From an uncultured Microbacteriaceae bacterium (GTDB lineage Bacteria; Actinomycetota; Actinomycetes; Actinomycetales; Microbacteriaceae), in contig CAYGLJ010000002.1 in NCBI GenBank assembly GCA_964350865.1, forward strand, positions 2,276 to 66,275: a DNA stretch of 64,000 nucleotides, read 5' to 3'. Below are positions 57,986-64,000 of the stretch, piece after piece. The stretch's first letter is position 1; every line of letters starts with the position of its first letter. The position numbers and the translations under genes were made by a program. The notes under the pieces are model-generated. The model worked only from the letters and a program-made list of their open reading frames with translations, had not been told where the DNA came from and did no database searches.

Positions 57986-58084
57986 ATGGGTTCTGTTATC
58001 AAGAAGCGCCGCAAGCGTATGGCGAAGAAGAAGCACCGCAAATTGCTTCGTAAGACTCGCCACCAGCGTCGTAATAAGAAGTAG
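57986..58084 (+). CDS. 30S ribosomal protein bS22 (AURKAIP1/COX24-domain micro-protein, Rv0500B-like), not in the ORF track
   Basis: Own translation: MGSVIKKRRKRMAKKKHRKLLRKTRHQRRNKK. AAAGGAA lies 6 nt upstream of the ATG and a strong hairpin follows. Confidence 0.85.
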   Translation: MGSVIKKRRKRMAKKKHRKLLRKTRHQRRNKK

Positions 58085-58098
58085 CGAGTTGTGATGCG

Positions 58099-58136
58099 AA
58101 ACGCTGGTCACCCTCTAGTGACCAGCGTTTTTCTCT
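58099..58136. terminator. bidirectional intrinsic terminator between bS22 and the convergent HAD gene
   Basis: 13-bp stem aaacgctggtcac/gtgaccagcgttt with loop cctcta, followed by a T-rich run on the plus strand. The HAD stop codon lies in the loop. Confidence 0.6.
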
Positions 58137-58867
58137 GCCTTTTTTGAGCGGTGAGTTTGGTGTCGGTTCGTGGACGCGGGCCAGATGATGGGCCAGGACT
58201 GCGCTGTGGCGTGAGCCAGAAGTGTGTGATCGGGATTAACGGCAACGGGGTGACCCACGCTCTCCAGGAGCGGAATGTCGGCTGCCGAGTCTGAATAGGC
58301 ATAGCAGTGTGCGAGGTCGACGTTGGCTTCCCTCGCGTGCTGGATGGCGGCCTGCGCCTTGAGTGGCCCGTGGAGCAACTCGCCATCGATTTCCCCTGTG
58401 AAGGCCCCGTCTTTTTCTTCTAGCGTTGTGCCAATGGCTCCTGTGAGGGTGAGGTCTCGTGCCATCACGGAGGCAAGCCCTTGGGGGCTTGCCGTGAGCA
58501 ACCAGATTTCGTGCCCCTGTGATTTGTGATCGTTGATGCGCTCCATCATTTCGGGGAACACCTTGGGAGCTATGGATCTCCGCCACGCGCTCTCCGCTAC
58601 TTTCTCGAAGTCCGTCACTTGATGACCGGCGACCAGAGCCTGGGCACGTTCCCTCGTCGATTTCACCCGCTTCGTTGTCTCACCCTTGCGGATGAAGTAG
58701 CGCTGCTGGAAAAGAGCAGGAATCACGTGGTGCCATTTGATAAATCCTGACTTCCACGCCTCGATACCGAACATATAGATGGTCGCGCCTTTGACGAGCG
58801 TGTTGTCCACGTCAACGAACACCAAGACAGGAGTCGAGCCGGTCGAGGATTGCCTGGGGGGAGTCAT
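58115..58867 (-). CDS. HAD-IB family hydrolase (SerB-like phosphatase)
   Basis: FVDVDNTL (DxDxT), LLTASP, and the YSDSAADIPLL motif. Confidence 0.85.
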   Translation of the reverse strand: MTPPRQSSTGSTPVLVFVDVDNTLVKGATIYMFGIEAWKSGFIKWHHVIPALFQQRYFIRKGETTKRVKSTRERAQALVAGHQVTDFEKVAESAWRRSIAPKVFPEMMERINDHKSQGHEIWLLTASPQGLASVMARDLTLTGAIGTTLEEKDGAFTGEIDGELLHGPLKAQAAIQHAREANVDLAHCYAYSDSAADIPLLESVGHPVAVNPDHTLLAHATAQSWPIIWPASTNRHQTHRSKKAEKNAGH

Positions 58868-58891
58868 GGTGTCTCAGCATAGGCTTTTGCC

Positions 58892-59170
58892 ATGGGAAGT
58901 GTTCGGGTCACCGTCATCGGCAGGGAAGCATGCCACCTCTGTGATGACGCCACGGACCTCATTGAGTCGGTTCTCCACGATTTCCAGAACGTCACGCTCG
59001 AGAAGCGGCTCGTGGAGGAGAGTCCAGAGTGGCTCGAGTTTTACACCGACAAGGTCCCGGTCATTTTGATCGAGGGCGTCGAGCACGGCTATTGGCGCGT
59101 GAATGAGGAAATCTTTCGCGGGTCTCTTGTCCAGGCGGGGGCTCTTCCCCGCGAGAGGGATTCGGAGTAG
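58892..59170 (+). CDS. glutaredoxin-like protein (DUF836 type)
   Basis: 92 aa with a CHLC redox motif and a KVPVILIEG strand. Confidence 0.7.
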   Translation: MGSVRVTVIGREACHLCDDATDLIESVLHDFQNVTLEKRLVEESPEWLEFYTDKVPVILIEGVEHGYWRVNEEIFRGSLVQAGALPRERDSE

Positions 59171-59179
59171 AAAAGCCCT

Positions 59180-59719
59180 ATGTCGTCCACCAGAACCCCC
59201 GATCCCAATCCAGGCTGGCTTTCCGAAGAAGAGCTCGCCGAGATTCGACACCGTCTCCCGCTTCTCTACGTCGAGGCTGTTCCGGTTCGGTTAGACGGTG
59301 CCGGAAACGTCAGCGAGGTGGGCTTGCTCCTTCGTGTCTCCTCCGAGGGGGCGATTGCGCGAGCGCTGGTGGCTGGCCGCGTCATGTTCGGAGAAACAGT
59401 GCGCGACGCATTGTTTCGGCATTTGGAGAAAGACCTCGGCCCGATGGCTTTCCCCCAAATTCCCCCGACACCGCAGCCCGCACACATCGCGGAATACTTT
59501 CCTTTCCCCGGGGCCAAGTACCAAGACTCTCGTCAGCATGCTGTTTCGCTGGTCTATGTCGTCCCGGTTACCGGGACCTGTGATCCGCGCCAAGATGCTC
59601 TCGAACTGACGTGGATGACCCCCGAGCAGGCCACCTCACACGAGGTGCTGGTTGAGATGGAGGGCGGTCGAGGCTCCTTGGTCAAGGCAGCGCTGGCGAG
59701 TGTGGGAGCTTTGCCCTAG
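59180..59719 (+). CDS. Nudix-fold protein with degenerate Nudix box (DUF4916-like)
   Basis: GRVMFGETVRDALFRHLEKDLG aligns to Gx5Ex7REUxEExGU, but with H/K/D replacing the catalytic Glu residues. Confidence 0.55.
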   Translation: MSSTRTPDPNPGWLSEEELAEIRHRLPLLYVEAVPVRLDGAGNVSEVGLLLRVSSEGAIARALVAGRVMFGETVRDALFRHLEKDLGPMAFPQIPPTPQPAHIAEYFPFPGAKYQDSRQHAVSLVYVVPVTGTCDPRQDALELTWMTPEQATSHEVLVEMEGGRGSLVKAALASVGALP

Positions 59720-60798
59720 CGAACACCCCACGCCACAATGTCGCGGGCGATAACGCTCGTGCCATCCGGGGCCCTCTGCTCACGCTCCACCAGGGTGACC
59801 TTTCGTGTGGTCCAGGTCCTCGGCATCGCTGCCATGAGTTCCTTCCTGTCAAACATGAGAGATGCGGGAGGTCGGCGAAGACCAGCGTCTAAGTCTTCGA
59901 GTGAGTGACCAACAATCACTAGCGATCCACCGGGGGCAACTGCGTCTACAAGTTTTTTCCAGAGAACTTTCCTCTCCTCGACGGGGATGTGCACAAAGTG
60001 AGCAGTGACGAGTTCGTAGTGTTCCGGTGGGGTGGGGAGGTCGTCTCCGACAACATCGGAGGCGACCCAGCGGACAGTGCGGGGGATTCCATCCCGTGCC
60101 ACCCTGGCAACTCGCTCCGCTTCGCCCCGTTGGAGCGCCGTGGGGGAAGCATCGACTGCGGTGACCTCAAAACCCTGCTCGGCGAGCCAGAGAGCATCGG
60201 CTCCTTCGCCACAACCGACCTCCAAAGCGTGGCCGGGGGTAATTGTGCTGACCGTGCTCACCAGAGTGGGGTTCACTCGCCCACTCCACATGGTGGAGCC
60301 ATATCGGGATTCCCACGTGCGGGTGCTCTCGGTTTGCCATTCCGGCGCGAGGCGCTTCATCATCCGATGGCGCCACCACCAAAAGAGGCGAAAGCCAAGG
60401 CCCATGAACGGGGTGAGGAGGCCGGCATCAAAATCGAGCTCATCCTGTAACACGGTCGGGCCCACACCGGAAGGCCGAAGTGTCATCGTGTGTTGGAACC
60501 TGCTCACCTGAGCGAGAGCGCCTGTCAGGCCGCGGCCATGGTCCCGGAAGACTCGCGTCATTCCCTCAGCGCTGGTCTTCGGATTAATCTCCTGGGTCCC
60601 CAGCGGGAGAATCCCGAGCGCTTTCACGGCGACGACGTAGGACTGCCCAGATTGGTATCGCTCGGGGAACCTCGAGGGCTGCAGAGCCCTAAACCCCAAG
60701 AACGGTTTCGACACAGCGCGAAAGACCTCGGGGTTGTGCAGTGCGTCAAAAGCTTGGGCGACTGTGCAGGGGAGCGACACCTGGAGAGAAAACTTCAT
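59716..60798 (-). CDS. fusion protein: N-terminal SRPBCC-like domain plus C-terminal class I SAM-dependent methyltransferase
   Basis: The C-terminal half has the SAM motif I LEVGCGEGADALWLAEQGFEVTAVDAS (TehB/TPMT-like). The N-terminal roughly 150 aa form a separate domain. The ORF is single and uninterrupted. Confidence 0.7.
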   Translation of the reverse strand: MKFSLQVSLPCTVAQAFDALHNPEVFRAVSKPFLGFRALQPSRFPERYQSGQSYVVAVKALGILPLGTQEINPKTSAEGMTRVFRDHGRGLTGALAQVSRFQHTMTLRPSGVGPTVLQDELDFDAGLLTPFMGLGFRLFWWWRHRMMKRLAPEWQTESTRTWESRYGSTMWSGRVNPTLVSTVSTITPGHALEVGCGEGADALWLAEQGFEVTAVDASPTALQRGEAERVARVARDGIPRTVRWVASDVVGDDLPTPPEHYELVTAHFVHIPVEERKVLWKKLVDAVAPGGSLVIVGHSLEDLDAGLRRPPASLMFDRKELMAAMPRTWTTRKVTLVEREQRAPDGTSVIARDIVAWGVR

Positions 60799-60849
60799 GG
60801 AGACCTTGTCTACATCGGGTGTTCAGAATGGCGGACTACTCTGCAGACT

Positions 60850-61152
60850 ATGAGAGCACACCTAAACGGAACTGTGATTGCCGAAGCACCTGAATCTGAT
60901 CTGGTGAAGATCGAAGGCAACTGGTACTTCCCTCCCGCATCAGTGAAACGAGAGTTCCTCTCTGATAGCCCCACGGCTTACACCTGCTCGTGGAAGGGCG
61001 AATGTCACTACTACACGATTAGCGTTGATGGCCAGTCCTACCAAGACCGAGCCTTTTCCTACGATGACCTTCGGCCGGGAGCGGTTGAGCGTGTGGGAAC
61101 TGATTTCTCCGGTTACGTGGCGTTCTGGAAAGAAATAACCGTCGAGGACTAG
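60850..61152 (+). CDS. DUF427-domain protein
   Basis: 100 aa with IEGNWYFP and CSWKGECHYY motifs. The track ORF from 60490 is an antisense over-extension. Confidence 0.75.
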   Translation: MRAHLNGTVIAEAPESDLVKIEGNWYFPPASVKREFLSDSPTAYTCSWKGECHYYTISVDGQSYQDRAFSYDDLRPGAVERVGTDFSGYVAFWKEITVED

Positions 61153-61601
61153 GTCTTGGCCCGCCAGCTAATGAGGTAGCTGGTGTTGAAGCGACGGTCA
61201 CACTTCGCACACGAGACTGGTTTGCCGGGTCGGCGGAAGCGAACAATCTCGTGGCCACTGGGGCACTCACCCACCCATTTCGCTCGATCATGTGCTGGCT
61301 CCACGGTGTGAGTCCGACCACCTTCGTACCCGATTCCCCGCGCAATCGCGCGCCATTTCGGACCGTGGGCAGCTCGGGGTCCGGCGAGGGCATGAGCGAT
61401 TTCGTGAAGCAGAACCTGGGTGACCTCGTCGGATGTTGCCTTCTCAGTGAGGTAGCGCGAGACCGAAATGCTCTGGGTGCGATGGTCACATTGCCCGAGC
61501 CTGGTGGTCGCGCGGTCAAAACGAAAAGACCAGGTCTGAGCAATCTGGTGAACGGCGAAGAGGCGCCCGGCCTCGTGTTCCACCCACGCTTCATCTGCCA
61601 C
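61149..61601 (-). CDS. SprT-like zinc metalloprotease-domain protein
   Basis: HEIAHAL Zn motif and a C-terminal CPSGH...CAKC Zn ribbon. GTG start. Confidence 0.8.
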   Translation of the reverse strand: MADEAWVEHEAGRLFAVHQIAQTWSFRFDRATTRLGQCDHRTQSISVSRYLTEKATSDEVTQVLLHEIAHALAGPRAAHGPKWRAIARGIGYEGGRTHTVEPAHDRAKWVGECPSGHEIVRFRRPGKPVSCAKCDRRFNTSYLISWRAKT

Positions 61602-61659
61602 GTCGACAGGCTAGCGGGGGCGGCAAGGTAGCGCAGAAGTTATCCCCAGAGAGTCCTGA

Positions 61660-61689
61660 AAACAGGGAGTAGACAAATCGTTATAAACC
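61660..61689 (+). promoter_or_regulatory. candidate promoter of rpoB (would give a long 5' UTR)
   Basis: TAGACA-N18-TACACT in an AT-richer patch about 180 nt upstream of the rpoB start. Confidence 0.3.
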
Positions 61690-61866
61690 CGTATACACTA
61701 AAGGTTTGCTTCCCTGACTTCTTGTGCCGTCATATTGCGGTCGACACGAGAGCCCCGAGTATAGCGGCGGGGTGAACTCTTTGTGCTGAGTTCCAGCGGT
61801 TGCTTCTGGTTCGGTTTGGTCACCCACGATGAGGCTCCATCTGTGAGCCCTGGAGGTTAATTACTC

Positions 61867-64000
61867 TTGGCTGTTGCACGTTCTGCATCTACTTCTTCTG
61901 CCAAGAACGGTCGAGTCGCCCAGCGGCTCTCGTTCGCCAAAATCAATGACACTCTGGAGGTCCCGGATCTGCTCGCGTTGCAGACCGAGAGCTTCGAGTG
62001 GCTCGTCGGGTCTCCTGTATGGAAGAAACGAGTAGCTGAGGCGAAAGCCCAGGGACTGCCCGTTGTTTCCGAGCGCAGCGGACTTCAAGAGATCTTCGAA
62101 GAGATCTCCCCCATCGAGGACTCGTCCGAGACGATGCAACTGTCGTTCCAGAACCCTTACCTCGAAGACGAGAAGTACTCCATCGACGAGTGCAAGGAGC
62201 GCGGCAAGACCTACGCCGCTCCGCTCTATGTCGAGGCCGAGTTCATGAACCACCAGACCGGTGAGATCAAGACCCAGACCGTCTTCATGGGTGACTTCCC
62301 CCTGATGACCGAAAAGGGAACCTTCATCATCAACGGAACCGAGCGCGTTGTCGTCTCGCAGTTGGTGCGAAGCCCCGGTGTCTACTTCGAAACCTCACTC
62401 GACAAGCTCAGCGACAAAGAGATCCACTCCGTTCGCGTCATCCCCAGCCGCGGAGCATGGTTGGAGTTTGAGGTCGACAAGCGTGACCAGGTCGGTGTGC
62501 GTATTGACCGCAAGCGCAAGCAGTCCGTCACCGTCTTCCTGAAGGCTCTCGGTCTGACCACCGAAGAGATCGCGAAGCACTTTGCTGGTTTCTCCTCCAT
62601 CGAGGAAGCACTCGAGAAGGACACCATCCTCACCAAGGAAGAAGCCCTCAAGGACATCTACCGCAAGCTGCGTCCCGGTGAGCAGGTTGCCGCTGAAGCT
62701 GCGCGCTTGCTGTTGGACAACTTCTACTTCAACTCGAAGCGCTACGACCTGGCGAAGGTCGGTCGTTACAAGATCAACCGCAAGCTCGGTATCGAGCTGC
62801 CCTTGGACACCACCGTGCTCACCATCGACGACATCATTGCGACCATCAAGTACTTGGTTGCACTGCACGATGGCCGCACCCACATCGAGGGTTCACGTTC
62901 TGGCAAGAAGGTCGACATCCGCCTGGATGTCGATGACATTGACCACTTCGGTAACCGTCGTATTCGTGCTGTGGGTGAGCTCATCCAAAACCAGGTTCGC
63001 ACCGGACTCTCTCGCATGGAGCGCGTGGTTCGCGAGCGTATGACGACTCAGGACATCGAGGCCATCACTCCTCAGACCCTGATTAACGTGCGCCCCGTGG
63101 TCGCTGCCATCAAGGAGTTCTTTGGTACCAGCCAGCTCTCGCAGTTCATGGACCAGAACAACCCGCTTTCGGGCCTGACCCACAAGCGTCGTCTGTCCGC
63201 ACTGGGACCGGGTGGTCTGAGCCGTGAGCGCGCTGGTGTTGAGGTCCGTGACGTTCACCCCTCGCACTATGGCCGTATGTGCCCGATCGAGACTCCTGAG
63301 GGACCGAACATTGGTCTGATTGGTTCGCTCGCATCGTTTGCGCGCATCAATGCCTTTGGTTTCATCGAGACCCCTTACCGCCGCGTGGTCAAGGGCAAGG
63401 TTTCGAAGAACATCGACTACTTGACTGCGAGCGACGAGGACGAGTTTGTCGTTGCCCAGGCTGGTACTCCGCTGAACGCCGATGGCACCTTTGCTGAGGA
63501 CAAGGTTCTTGTGCGTAAGAAGGGTGGAGAGGTGGAGCTGGTCTCCCCCGAGCTCGTCGACTACGTCGATGTCTCCCCCCGTCAGATGGTGTCTGTCGCC
63601 ACCTCGCTGATTCCGTTCCTCGAGCACGACGATGCAAACCGCGCGCTCATGGGTGCGAACATGCAGCGTCAAGCTGTGCCGCTGATTCGTTCCGAGTCCC
63701 CGATTGTGGGAACCGGCATGGAGTCCTTCGCTGCCGTCGACGCCGGTGACGTTATCGTCGCCGAAGGCGCCGGTGTGGTGAGCGAGGTCTGTGCAGACTT
63801 CGCCGTGGTGAAGCAGGACAAGGGTGGCTCGAAGACCTACCACTTGCGGAAGTTTGACCGCTCGAACCAGGGCACCAACTACAACCACCAGGTCCGCGTC
63901 AGCGTGGGCGACAAGGTGGCAGAGGGATCCGTTATCGCGGATGGCCCTGCTACCGAGGAAGGCGAGTTGGCTCTGGGTAAGAACCTGCTCGTGGCGTTCA
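61867..64000 (+). CDS. rpoB: DNA-directed RNA polymerase subunit beta, N-terminal part (continues past window end)
   Basis: Own translation from TTG 61867: [48 protein letters not shown]..., continuing through the [11 protein letters not shown] and NMQRQAVP regions. GGAGG lies 10 nt upstream. The ORF track has no long + strand ORF here, presumably because the frame lacks an in-window stop. Confidence 0.95.
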   Translation, partial: MAVARSASTSSAKNGRVAQRLSFAKINDTLEVPDLLALQTESFEWLVGSPVWKKRVAEAKAQGLPVVSERSGLQEIFEEISPIEDSSETMQLSFQNPYLEDEKYSIDECKERGKTYAAPLYVEAEFMNHQTGEIKTQTVFMGDFPLMTEKGTFIINGTERVVVSQLVRSPGVYFETSLDKLSDKEIHSVRVIPSRGAWLEFEVDKRDQVGVRIDRKRKQSVTVFLKALGLTTEEIAKHFAGFSSIEEALEKDTILTKEEALKDIYRKLRPGEQVAAEAARLLLDNFYFNSKRYDLAKVGRYKINRKLGIELPLDTTVLTIDDIIATIKYLVALHDGRTHIEGSRSGKKVDIRLDVDDIDHFGNRRIRAVGELIQNQVRTGLSRMERVVRERMTTQDIEAITPQTLINVRPVVAAIKEFFGTSQLSQFMDQNNPLSGLTHKRRLSALGPGGLSRERAGVEVRDVHPSHYGRMCPIETPEGPNIGLIGSLASFARINAFGFIETPYRRVVKGKVSKNIDYLTASDEDEFVVAQAGTPLNADGTFAEDKVLVRKKGGEVELVSPELVDYVDVSPRQMVSVATSLIPFLEHDDANRALMGANMQRQAVPLIRSESPIVGTGMESFAAVDAGDVIVAEGAGVVSEVCADFAVVKQDKGGSKTYHLRKFDRSNQGTNYNHQVRVSVGDKVAEGSVIADGPATEEGELALGKNLLVAF

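Noticed and set aside
62893-63888. 331-aa minus-strand ORF, plus several 60-160 aa ORFs across 61861-64000.
   Set aside because: They are antisense or out of frame relative to rpoB, whose + strand translation is unmistakable. The track simply lacks the rpoB ORF.

Overview
High-GC (by eye, not computed), very compact actinobacterial chromosome segment that looks Micrococcales/Microbacteriaceae-like. Nearly every base is coding and most genes are core housekeeping. Gene order parallels three conserved Mycobacterium tuberculosis neighbourhoods, quoted from memory: ppa-tilS-hpt-ftsH-folEPBK-Rv3605c..Rv3603c-panC-lysS-clpC1, radA, and proC-Rv0500A-Rv0500B(bS22).

On the + strand the window runs: pntB (3' part), YciI, an SDR, and a lycopene-elongase-like UbiA prenyltransferase with a CrtD/CrtI-like desaturase. 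A tRNA Glu-Asp-Phe cluster (minus strand), an M23 peptidase and ppa follow. Next is a tightly coupled tilS-hpt-ftsH-folE-folP-folB-folK-DUF3180-PH-PH-DUF2520-panC-lysS array, then pirin, clpC, a short ArgA-like GNAT, radA and tRNA-Ser.

A more accessory-looking block follows: trhO, VIT1, an unknown exported protein with an AKR, a DUF4864 lipoprotein, MMPL with a DDAH-like enzyme, a saccharopine-DH-like gene and QOR. After it comes a minus-strand mannitol-family PTS operon (pfkB-deoR-EIIC-EIIB-EIIA-Zn dehydrogenase-ptsH-ptsI).

The remainder is pstSCAB, kynU-kynA, psuG-psuK, photolyase, an atypical OmpR-type wHTH protein, upp, tadA, proC, trkAH, ArsR, an excisionase-like HTH, bS22, HAD, a glutaredoxin-like gene, a degenerate Nudix, a fused SRPBCC-like/methyltransferase, DUF427, SprT-like and the 5' part of rpoB.

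I found no CRISPR array, transposase, integrase, rRNA or recognisable defence or toxin-antitoxin module, and I cannot point to an unambiguous novel system. The best second-look candidates are:
- the unusually composed hexitol-type PTS operon and its candidate cis elements;
- the orphan elongase/desaturase pair;
- the MMPL-DDAH coupling;
- two unannotated micro-ORFs after pirin;
- a tRNA-Phe with an A54 T-loop;
- the recurrent CTAG/CTAA stop-stop overlaps of convergent genes.

All family assignments come from motif recognition by eye, not database searches.
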